A stretch of 47,229 nt of DNA from Octopus bimaculoides. Lineage: Eukaryota. How positions within the stretch are numbered: position 1 is the stretch's first letter; every line of letters starts with the position of its first letter. The notes beneath the pieces were generated by a model. The model was not told where the DNA came from and made no database searches. It saw nothing but the letters and a program-made list of their open reading frames with translations. Both the position numbers and the translations under genes were made by a program. Positions 12,041 to 24,009 of this stretch are shown here, piece after piece. The stretch is taken from positions 52,059,199-52,106,427 of the forward strand of contig NC_068985.1 in NCBI RefSeq assembly GCF_001194135.2. The letters are read 5' to 3'.

Positions 12041-12665
12041 GTACCACCCCGGAATTTGAGGCCTGATGCTTCTGTAAGAAATCAGTAACACTGTGTAACA
12101 AGCTTTTAGTCATTGGACAGGAACTGTTATTTTCTATTTGAAATATGGCGAATATTTCCTTGAAACTTTTTTTGTTATATTGATTCAAACCCCATCAAAT
12201 CTCCTCAGTACATGATTATGATGCATGCTCCCCACTACTCCTGCTCATGATCAGAGATGCACATATTGTCAGCCATTAAGGGACATGTTCAAGTGGTTAA
12301 ATTCAAGCAACTGACATGCAAATCTGTGGTATTGAGCAGAATATTTGCTATAACGATATTTCTTGTCCAGTAATTCAGCGCTGAATCTGTTTGAAATGTA
12401 ATGGAAAATATGCCAGTTTCAAAACATTGATGTTAAGGTCACAAATGCAAATCCTTTGATTTCTAGATAGAAGCAAATAGGAAATAACACTGACCAAAGA
12501 CAAAAAAAGAAAAGAAATTGTTACACTGTGTAATATGATATCATATATAGTGTTTTTAAATATAAATTCATATAAATAGTCAGCATGTATCTGTGATTAT
12601 AGTACTATTATATCTGCATATACAGTCTGTATTTAACAATATTTGCATTAATATCATATCTAAAC

Positions 12666-12812
12666 CCGTTCTGAGATCAAATTCTACCGAAGTCGATTTT
12701 GCCTTTCATCTTTTCGGGATCGATAAATTAAGTACCAGTTGCGTACTGATGTCGATCTAATCGAGTGGCCCCCTGTCCTAAAATTTCGGGCCTTGTACCT
12801 AGAGTAGAAAAG
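12666..12812 (+). mobile_element. 5'-truncated SINE family B with 16-bp target-site duplication
   Basis: AATATCATATCTAAAC at 12650-12665 and 12813-12828; body matches 19668-19878 and 37175-37512. Confidence 0.92.
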
Positions 12813-13104
12813 AATATCATATCTAAACTTGTGTAAGAGAAATGAAAGCATGTCAATTTGATCTATTTCTCTGCAGATTGAAAAAAATTATGAAAAACAT
12901 TAATGAATTGTCGACATCACATAACCAATTCCAGAGAAGCAAGTAGCCGTTCTCTTTATATTGATAACAAATCCAACAGCATAAGAGAACTGGTGGTACA
13001 AAATTTGTATAGCATTAATGTTTAAGAATTTTTTTAAAGTCAGCGGTCTGTTAACGGGACCACAGTTAACATAAATATCATATATAACAGTATATCATAT
13101 TATA

Positions 13105-13158
<54 letters not shown>

Positions 13159-13347
13159 NNNNNNNNNNNNNNNNNNNNNNNNNNNNNNNNNNNNNNNNNN
13201 NNNNNNNNNNNNNNNNNNNNNNNNNNNNNNNNNNNNNNNNNNNNNNNNNNNNNNNNNNNNNNNNNNNNNNNNNNNNNNNNNNNNNNNNNNNNNNNNNNNN
13301 NNNNNNNNNNNNNNNNNNNNNNNNNNNNNNNNNNNNNNNNNNNNNNN

Positions 13348-13402
<55 letters not shown>

Positions 13403-13596
13403 TTATGAGAAGTAATAGTGTCAATAAGACCCAAAGGTATCAGGTAATGCTGAGTTAGTACTATGGACACACTATTGTTAAGTTCCAGGTTCGGTGATTA
13501 TGCGAATGAGGAGTCCAGCATGTGTATATATAAAAAATTTCAGAATGAGATAAAAATCCAAGGATGTGAAACATTTCAGAACATTTATAAAGAGAA

Positions 13597-13646
13597 GGTC
13601 TTACAGCTGTTTCCGGGAGATTTTATATATCCCTTCATCGGAGTCC
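13597..13646 (-). ncRNA. Minimal type I hammerhead-like motif with palindromic helix III
   Basis: Minus strand GGACU|CCGAUGA|A|GGGA-UAUAUAAAAUC-UCCC|G|GAAA-C-AGCU-G-U-A|AGACC. Helix I 4 of 5 bp, helix II 4+ bp, ACAGCUGU self-complementary, GUA triplet; deviation U4->C. Confidence 0.6.
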
Positions 13647-13888
13647 ATGTGAGAAAATGGTTAAGTAATAGTTATTTTAGATAAGATATGAAATAGAGAG
13701 TGAAGTGGAGGAATGAAAATAGACGTGAGATATGCAGGGATATTGTATCTTCAGTTCCATTATTTAGGCAGATAATGGATCTACAGATGCACTATCCCTG
13801 CATATCTCACGTCTATTTTCATTCCTCTACTTCACTCTCTATTTCATATCTTATCTAAAATAACTATTGCTTAACTAATCTCTCACAT

Positions 13889-13938
13889 TGACTCCGATTA
13901 AGGGATATATAAAATTTCCTGGAAACAGCTTTAAGACC
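13889..13938 (+). ncRNA. Mirror hammerhead-like motif, more degenerate (probably inactive)
   Basis: TGACT|CCGATTA|A|GGGA...TCCT|G|GAAA-C-AGCT-T-T-A|AGACC; G8->U and helix III C-G pair lost. Confidence 0.45.
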
Positions 13939-13994
13939 TATTTATAAATGTTCTAAAATCTTTCACAGCCTTGGATTTTTATCTCACTCTGAAA

Positions 13995-14028
<34 letters not shown>

Positions 14029-14949
14029 NNNNNNNNNNNNNNNNNNNNNNNNNNNNNNNNNNNNNNNNNNNNNNNNNNNNNNNNNNNNNNNNNNNNNNNN
14101 NNNNNNNNNNNNNNNNNNNNNNNNNNNNNNNNNNNNNNNNNNNNNNNNNNNNNNNNNNNNNNNNNNNNNNNNNNNNNNNNNNNNNNNNNNNNNNNNNNNN
14201 NNNNNNNNNNNNNNNNNNNNNNNNNNNNNNNNNNNNNNNNNNNNNNNNNNNNNNNNNAGCATATTCACCATCTACTTCAATTACTACTTCCCATTTGCTT
14301 GGCAGACGGTCAGACCGTCATTTAAAGATATTTTTGTTAAATATTGTTATTGTTTTAGTTGAATAAAATTTGTTGAAAAGAAGCCGCAATAAATTATGCA
14401 CCAACCCAATATATATATATATAAAATATATTCGTCAACTAAATGTGGCGGTCCTATAGAATACGGTGTTACTGTTGTTTTTAGCCCCAGGAAGACATTC
14501 ATATCTATCTATCTCTTTATACACATATCTATATGTTTACTGAATTTATAATTTTGAAAACGTGGTGTGATTCCTTGCATATTCCGAATCTCCGTCATCT
14601 AAAACATAGGGAAAATAATTTTGGAAAAAGTTCAAAATTAGGGTGAGCGGGAGTTAAAATTTTTTTTTTTTGCATATTCTTAATCTCCGACTTCTTAAAA
14701 CGTAGAGGTGCGAAAATATTTTTCGAAAAAATGCGTTTTTCAAGGAGAGGTGCGAAACTGAATTAGCCCAGTACTAGTTGCCTAGTTTGGTCAACTTAGA
14801 CAACAACGTTCTCTGTCCGTTTGTATCCAGAAAGAATCATATTTTCCTTTTCACAGTTATTATTTTCATTACTAATAATGAAAGAAATAATCATGATGTA
14901 ATTGTTTTAAATTTTTACAAAAAACAACAATTTTAAGGGAAAAGAGGAA

Positions 14950-15115
14950 ATCGATTATATCGATGACAATATTTGACTGGTACTTCATATAATCGACCCC
15001 AAAAGGTTGAAAGACAAACTTGGCATCGGTGGGATTTGAACTCAGAAAATAAAGAGCCAAAAGTATTGCCACAAAGTATTTTATCCTACGTGCTAACCAT
15101 TCTGCCAACTTGACA
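14950..15115 (-). mobile_element. SINE family B, degenerate
   Basis: GACTGGTACTT...ATCGACCCCAAAAGGTTGAAAGACAAA...GATTTGAACTCAGAA...GCTAACCATTCTGCCAACT is the reverse complement of family B. Confidence 0.8.
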
Positions 15116-15256
15116 CCCCATGAACACACACACACACACACACACACACAGCTACACGCACGCACACATTCACAATCTTATACACACATACATATTATAC
15201 ATGTGTGTGTGTGAGTGAGTGTGTGTGTATAAATACACACATATACACACATATAA

Positions 15257-16578
<1,322 letters not shown>

Positions 16579-17458
16579 GTGCGATGGGTAAATTTTCGCC
16601 ATTTTATACTTTTAATTTTGCGCATGCATATTGTTTGTTTTTGATTTTGTCGACTACACAGTACGGTAGGGTCAGTTTGGCACCGTCTGCAAGAAAAGCA
16701 GCACCATGACGTAATTCACTCTGTCAGAAATTTGGAAACGACATGCTGTATTTGCCATTCGCGCTGGAGGACCCGATACGAACAGACAGTGCACATACAG
16801 AACAACCGTTGGCTTGCCGTGTCCCCAAAACATGTACTGAGAGTGATAAAAATCAAATATCCAATGAACATCATGGTGTTTTGAGTGATCACTAGTTTTG
16901 GTGATGTTATACCTCTATTCATATTCCCACACTACCCCACACTCAGCATAGAGACCTACATCAAGTGCCTGGAAGAGATAGTGCTGCCTTGTATCAAGAA
17001 GCTGGCTACTGGAAGACCCTATATCTGGCAACAGAACTCTGCACTATGTTACACAAGCAGGAGGACCCAGTCATTGTTGTTAGACAATTTCTGCGACCTC
17101 ATCACCCCTAACACCTGGCCATCTAACTCTCCAGCGTATAACCCACTTCATTATTATGCGTGGGGCTCAGATGAACAAGAGATCAAACAAAGATTCTTGT
17201 AATACCAAAGATGAACTAAAGATTTGATTATGACAGCATTCACCAACTTACAAGGAGACCGTCCAGAAGATTTGCAGGAGATTCCGAAGTCGTCTGGAGG
17301 CCCTGGTTAAAGCAAATGGCAATTCTAATGAATAAATTTACTCGTTAGTATTTCACGATATTTTTATGTAATTTTGATAAATATATCTATTAAAATGAGA
17401 CGTCAGCGTTATTTTCATTTTTGCATCATTTAGACGACAATATATTCACCGTAGCTTG
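16579..17458 (+). mobile_element. Internally deleted DD37D (maT-type) element, copy 2
   Basis: ORF 16885-17202 has WQQNSALCYTSRRTQ...WPSNSPAYNPLHYY: 37 residues between the second and third catalytic positions (here N and H). Right TIR ends TTCACCGTAGCTTG + TA (17459-60); left TIR lacks its first bases. Confidence 0.88.
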
Positions 17459-17760
17459 TACACACACACACACACACACANNNNNNNNNNNNNNNNNNNN
17501 NNNNNNNNNNNNNNNNNNNNNNNNNNNNNNNNNNNNNNNNNNNNNNNNNNNNNNNNNNNNNNNNNNNNNNNNNNNNNNNNNNNNNNNNNNNNNNNNNNNN
17601 NNNNNNNNNNNNNNNNNNNNNNNNNNNNNNNNNNNNNNNNNNNNNNNNNNNNNNNNNNNNNNNNNNNNNNNNNNNNNNNNNNNNNNNNNNNNNNNNNNNN
17701 NNNNNNNNNNNNNNNNNNNNNNNNNNNNNNNNNNNNNNNNNNNNNNNNNNNNNNNNNNNN

Positions 17761-17791
<31 letters not shown>

Positions 17792-18114
17792 GTGTAGCTG
17801 TATACTGACTACATATGCTCATAATATTTAGGAGTACAACCACAGTTAAATATGACCCCACATATCTAGATATAATAGTTAGTAGTATCATCATCGTAAA
17901 ATAGTAACCAGATTTATAAATATAATAAGTGGCATTGAAATTGATACTACTTAAAATTCGAATGGAATCCGAATCAGCATGTTCATAGCTCTTACTCAAT
18001 CTTGTCCGTTAATCAATAACTTTAAATGCTGTCAATGAAGGAAAATTCTATCACATTATTTGAAATAGGGTGTAAGTTCGATGTGGCGTTTTAAAATACC
18101 AGTAACTCGGGTGT

Positions 18115-18158
18115 ATTGTTGATCCGAGTATCAAAAGAGTGATACTCGGATCAACAAT
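18115..18158. repeat. Perfect 19-bp hairpin with 6-nt loop
   Basis: ATTGTTGATCCGAGTATCA-AAAGAG-TGATACTCGGATCAACAAT. Confidence 0.95.
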
Positions 18159-18184
18159 GGAGTCTGTATTTAGTTACTCGATTT

Positions 18185-18380
18185 GTTAGAAATAGCAACC
18201 AAATAACCCTCAAATTACATTCTCCTATCTCAAAAAAAGAACGTCACATTGGATAATGTTGTCCTTGATACATTATGTATGAATACTAGACGAGATGGTC
18301 ACTACTTCAATGCCTTTTATCATAGGTCTGCTGCAACTTGATTAAGGCTGACCTCGGGTTAAATACCAACAGCAACAGCG
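18185..18380 (+). mobile_element. SINE-like family C ((AAC)n-type tail)
   Basis: TTAGAAATAGCAACCAAAT...ACATTGGATAATG...GATGGTCAC...ATCATAGGTCTGCT...GCTGACCTCGGGTTAAAT; related segments at 9720-9860, 23135-23350, 36650-36830 (+) and 32140-32225, 37040-37172 (-). Confidence 0.7.
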
Positions 18381-19356
18381 ATATAGTTTTTTAAGCACTG
18401 CAATAACAATGACAACAACAATGGCGAACAAAAAAGTGCAGAAGAGTATAAAGGAGTAGGAGGTGGAGAGTTAGTGGGAGTATAATAGATAGAGTTAGCT
18501 CACAACCAAACTGGGTGGTCTCACACTCAACCTAACTCCCCCTTTCACTCACACATCTTACAGTCTTGCCAATTTTTCAATTTAAGCCTCTGCATGTCTC
18601 ACTCCTCTCTCTTCTTCTTAATCGCTCAGCCTCACCCTATCTCTCTCTTTTTTGTCTCGCTGTCTCTCCCTCCACCGGTATCATTTCACTCATTCCCTAG
18701 TACAAATGTAATTCAATTCCGTAGATATTACAATATTCTCCAACGTTTTGTTCTCTGTTCAGTCTTTTTATCCCTGGTACCATCCAACCTTACCACCCAT
18801 TTTATCGTCATCTCTTCGCAACCCCAGGGCCGTCAGCTTGACAGCGGAACATGTTGTTCAAACAAAAACCTGTTATCGCTACCCTGAAACCCTTCACCTC
18901 TTGGCTAGAATTTCAAACAGTCTGGAAGTTAAATGCTAATTCGCTTGGATACAGTTATATACTCAACGTTTACTACTTCGTCTTACCTTTGAATGTAGGC
19001 TTTCAATATTATACATTCTGCTTTTATGAGGATTTGTGCAGAATTATATACGCATGGATGTATGTATGCACATGTATATGTGTATGGATGTATGCATGCA
19101 TGTATGTATCCATCTATGTAAGTTTATACGAATTTAAGCACATATATGTACTTATGACTGTATGTATGTATGTATGTATGCATGCAGGTATGTATGTATG
19201 AATGTATGAATGGATTCATGTATGATGTATGAATATATATATATGCACATATGTGTATATATGTGTATAAATACGTAATTATGTATATATATTTACATGC
19301 TTGTGTATACATATTATACACACATACACACACACACACACACATATGTTATATGT

Positions 19357-19648
<292 letters not shown>

Positions 19649-19667
19649 GATATTATTCGTATATGTA

Positions 19668-19878
19668 AGACAGCGAGCTGGCAGAAAAGTTAACACGCCG
19701 GGCGAAATACTTAGCGATATTTCGTCTGTCTTTACGTTGAGTTCAAATTTCGCCGATGTCGACTTCGCCTTTCATCCTTTCGGGGTTGATAAATTAAATA
19801 CCAGTTGCGTATTGGAGTCGATCTAATCAACTAGCCCTCCCCCCCCAAAAAAAAATTTCGGGCCTTGTGCCTCGAGTA
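19668..19878 (+). mobile_element. SINE family B, full length (Nin/Deu-like domain)
   Basis: GAGCTGGCAGAA head, GAGTTCAAATTTCGCC box B-like, GCCTTTCATCCTTTCGGGGTTGATAAATTAAATACCAG (recalled as Nin/Deu-like), tail AAATTTCGGGCCTTGTGCC. Confidence 0.88.
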
Positions 19879-20399
19879 TATGTAATTTATTGTGAAGTGA
19901 AGATCACTTCAACGAGTAGGTAGTTCTATTGATCAAACAACTGCAATACTTCTACGAAAAAAGCACTTTCTCTCTCTTACCTAAACACGAGAGGCACTCA
20001 AACAGGGTCCTGAAAGTCACTCCAAATATTGGGCGACATAAAATATCGAGAATCTCACCTTGTGAAAACACATCCTTAACATTACTTAGATCGCATCCCA
20101 CAGACTGCCCTTTCTTTTCAGAGCCAGATAATATTTTAACCCTTTACAATTCCTCACACTCTCAAGTGGCGTTCACAATGGACTGTTGTTCCTCTGACTG
20201 GGCAGGTGGCGCTACGCATATAGACATCCTAGACAACAGCTAGATAAGGGCTACTCAATTGATCGGCATTTAATCACGAATGAACACACACGGAAACATT
20301 AAAGGTCAAGTCGACCTTGATGTGATTTGCTCTGAGAACGTAAAAACAAGTGGCCCGCTATCTTCAGTTTCTGGTTTCTCTATCATTACTATGAAGTCC

Positions 20400-20660
20400 T
20401 CTGTTTCTTTAGAACTGGTTCGTCTGGTATCTCCAACACGCAAACATTACCCACTACTTATTTCACAACCTCTCCTTCCTCGCTATTGTGTCAAAACCTT
20501 CCATTCCTCAGATTAACTACGATGTCCAGTCATTCTCCTCCTCAGAACATCGGTCCTCTTGAATCTCCTCCCTACGCATGCCTTTTCCACAACGGTTTAA
20601 ACGGAACATTAACTGCTTTAACCTCACCTTTTTCAAAGAGGATTTCAAAGGTCAAGGGTA
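20400..20660 (+). mobile_element. Probable CR1/L2-group LINE 3' remnant
   Basis: Frameshifted reading SF.PRTSVLLNLLPTHAF resembles the SFFPRTxxLWNxLP motif ending CR1-group ORF2; followed by (CAA)n(CTA)n. Confidence 0.4.
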
Positions 20661-20717
20661 CTACCCCTTGTTACAGACTCAGTAAGAAAACAAAATTCTA
20701 ATGTCGTTGCTGCTGCT

Positions 20718-20818
<101 letters not shown>

Positions 20819-20904
20819 CGGAGCGTTACATGTCGTATGACGGGGAGATTTGGGAGAATACTAGGTGTAATAGCAGGAAATATGGCATACATGCAATAAT
20901 TAGA

Positions 20905-21819
20905 ACTTGATTGTCACCAAATTTCTTGGCGTTTATACAAAATCATGAAATGAATACTAATTCTTAAAAGAAAAATATTCATTACCGTAAGATAAATGTA
21001 GTTAAATTTTGTGCAACTCCTCCCACAACTATTGCTATTTACACGTACATCCGAACTAATAGACCTGTCCGTGGGACGAAGCTCGTAAAAGACAACGCGC
21101 TTCCAGTCCGATCAAATTCAGAACATAACCTACTTCGAGTAAAGTTCTGCTTTAGAGGATCTATGATCTTTTGCGCTTCACATTGTTAAAGACGATCCAT
21201 TTTTCGTCCCCTGTCACCATTCTCTTTAAAATACCATTTCCTTTATGTTTCTGCAACGAATAACAGATGGATATCCGTCGGGTAAGGTTAGCCTCAATCA
21301 ACTGATATGAGATCCAAACTTCGAGCCTGATGATGTAATCAAGTTGATGCAGATGTTTTTCAACACTCGATTTGGATATTTGGAGATTTGCGACCATCCT
21401 GGTCGTATAATTGGGGTTGGTGTCACTGTTAATCTCAGTTGGCCGGCTAGAGCAAAGTGCATACTAAAACGAAAAAATTCTCGATCGAAATCTTGAGAAG
21501 TACTTCTAGAAAACAGGTTCAGTAAGAGCATCCTCTTCGCACACACCGCATACCTTCCTGTGGGTTTCGGCCGCTTTCATGTCTTTTTAAAATAAAAAAA
21601 AGCATGGCGTCGATAATGCTCGTTTTGGTTCTCCATTTTCAGGGTGGTCCAAAGCACACAAAATACAACCTAGCTCGTCGTAAGTTCGCATCGAGCTACG
21701 TTGAGATGTTAAGTATCTAACGAGTGTGCATGCACAAAGGACAGACTGAAGTTAGCTACTTATTGAAGTGCTTGAAGTTTAGTATCGACAAAAGTCGAAC
21801 GTAATTTTGGCTAACCCAA
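20905..21819 (-). mobile_element. Internally deleted mariner, second family
   Basis: TA at 21820-21; TIR TTGGGTTAGCCAAAATTACG; ATG at 21636 (MENQNEHYRRH); ORF 21161-21397 contains MVTGDEKWIVFNNVKRKRS; homology stops near 21050, so second and third D regions are deleted; right TIR degenerate. Confidence 0.88.
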
Positions 21820-21937
21820 TAAAACATATATAGATTTTTGATATTGGTTTCAGATTTTGACAGCAGGTCAGATAGAGATTATTAATATTGCTGTTGTTAT
21901 ACTTTCGCAGCTTTTGCTGCTTTATACGAACTGTTCT

Positions 21938-22319
21938 CGAAGTGGAGGCGCAATGGCCCAGTGGTTAGGGCAGCGGACTCGAGGTCATAGGATCGCGGTT
22001 TCGATTCCCAGACGGGGCGTTGTGAGTGTTTATTGAGCGAAAACACCTAAAGCTCCACGAGGCTCCGACAGGGGATGGTGGCGAACCCTGCTGTACTCTT
22101 TCACCACAACTTTCACTCTTTCTTCCTGTTTCTGGTGTACCTGTAATTCAAAGGGCCAGCCTTGTCACACTGTGTCACGCCGAATATCCTTGAGAACTAC
22201 GTTAAGGGTACACGTGTCTGTACAATGCTCAACCACTTGCACGTTAATTTCACGAGCAGGCTGTTCTGTTGATCGGATCAACTGGAACCCTCGTCGTCGT
22301 AACCGACGGAGTGCCAACA
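21938..22319 (+). mobile_element. SINE family D, full length, 12-bp TSD
   Basis: Box A TGGCCCAGTGG, GACTCG anticodon-like loop (tRNA-Arg-like), box B GGTTTCGATTCC; TSD ACGAACTGTTCT at 21926-37 and 22320-31. Confidence 0.93.
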
Positions 22320-22914
22320 ACGAACTGTTCTAAGTCTCGCAGAAATTTCAAGAAACAGCAAGTCAAACATTTTGTTTTAGGCGTAGTGATGATGTATTGC
22401 AAGGAAAGGAGACTGAATACTGAGAATTAAGCTTTTTTTAACAGTTTGTTGTTATATCTGCGATATAATATTCTCAGCTTCACACAGTTTTTCTTAGAAT
22501 GTAGTTGTGCTCACGAGAAGAAAAAAATTGTTGTTCTGATACTTTTGGATTTCCAAGTATTTGACCATAGTATTAAAGAGAGACATTTGATATTATCCTC
22601 AAAGCTCCGATCATCACAAGTATAGTTGTTCTTAGATGCTACGGTTTTGAGATTTCTGTTTCAAGCTCATTGTATTTACTTAATTTTCAGACGTGTTCAC
22701 AGAAGTATTGCAGTCTGCTCGGATTGACAGATGAGCAGATCGATCTAAACATTAATCAAGTATGAGGGTCAATGGTATCTGCTTACCTCCTCCCCATAAA
22801 ACTGCTGGCATTGTACCTAAATTAGAAACAATTAGTGATGCTAGTACTGTTGTTGCTGCCGCTAGTTGATAATAACAATGGTGATACTATAAACTTTATA
22901 GTATCGCTTTTATT

Positions 22915-23075
22915 ATGGGCATCTAGCGGCCCTCGAGCAACATGCGGCCAACATAACTTTCTGAATGACACGCCTCAGGAAAAATTGTCTTGAATTGCTT
23001 TTGGAGTACGGCAAGGTCTCATGTGGTCCGCCAGGTCTCATGTGGTCCGCCAGGTCTCATGCGGTCCGCTTCTCG
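22915..23075 (+). mobile_element. hAT-like non-autonomous remnant containing three tandem 19-bp units
   Basis: GCGGCCCTCGAGCAACATGCGGCC resembles hAT/Charlie subterminal GCGGCCCGCGGGCCACATGCGGCCC; AGGTCTCATGTGGTCCGCC at 23014, 23033, 23052. Confidence 0.45.
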
Positions 23076-24009
23076 AAAAATTTACATATGTGTATATTTG
23101 TATCAATATTAGAATCTACACGTTACCCGGTCTCTTAATCTATTAGAAATACTTGAATAAATCTCCTCAAAATCACTTCACTTCATACTGTCTCAAACAA
23201 GGAAAAGACACATAATATAATGTACAGTAGTCGTACCTTAAAAGACTTGATGGTCACTTCTAGAATATCTTATTATCATAGGTTTACTCAATTAGAATTG
23301 GCTACGGGTTGAACAACAACCACAACAATCACACACAACAACAACAACAACAAGAGAGTTGTGATGTCATAAACTATATTTTATTTTGAGACCGTTAAAT
23401 CTGACAGAAATATAGTTCTTTTCTTTCTTCATCTTTTCTTTTTATAAAGTTACAGATTTGTTCTGTCTAATTAAGAAGTTCATAGGCTGTTCTATGTTCT
23501 TATATATATATATATATATNNNNNNNNNNNNNNNNNNNNNNNNNNNNNNNNNNNNNNNNNNNNNNNNNNNNNNNNNNNNNNNNNNNNNNNNNNNNNNNNN
23601 NNNNNNNNNNNNNNNNNNNNNNNNNNNNNNNNNNNNNNNNNNNNNNNNNNNNNNNNNNNNNAAATGTGTCAGCTCTAAAATTAGTGAAAAAGAATAATCG
23701 GTCGCCTGAGAAAGAAATGATTTTAATCTTATATACTTGTAAATAATTCTCTAAGTTCGCTTATAAGTGCATGCTACAACTTTTTGATTGCAACATTTTC
23801 ATGTTTTTATTTTCGTATTTTTAATGTTTTTTTGTTGTTGTTGTTGATAGTGTATTATTACAAGAGTAACCCTTTTCAATTGGTAACAATTCAATGTTGA
23901 TATGTCTATGCAGGTGCTTGCTTTATCACGGTCTTTGCCCATTTTTTTAGTGTACTTTTAAATTCGTTTCACTGTAAACGCCTTAGTACGTAAAACGAAA
24001 GCCCACTTC

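Larger units (their letters stand above)
13535..13998. repeat. 464-bp palindrome (two ~230-bp arms, 8-nt loop 13764-13771); PLE-like inverted terminal repeats
   Basis: Arms align along their whole length; 13667-13742 vs 13793-13868 has 1 mismatch in 76 bp; each arm holds a hammerhead-like motif. Confidence 0.95.

Noticed and set aside
18640-18940. Possible second CR1-like 3' remnant
   Set aside because: Only a 6-7 residue resemblance (FIPGTSN).
21938-22012. tRNA gene at SINE heads (also 34100-34173, 35911-35985)
   Set aside because: A and B boxes present but no complete cloverleaf or T-run terminator; continues into SINE body with TSDs.
23014-23069. CRISPR-like array
   Set aside because: Contiguous units without spacers, eukaryotic context, no cas genes.
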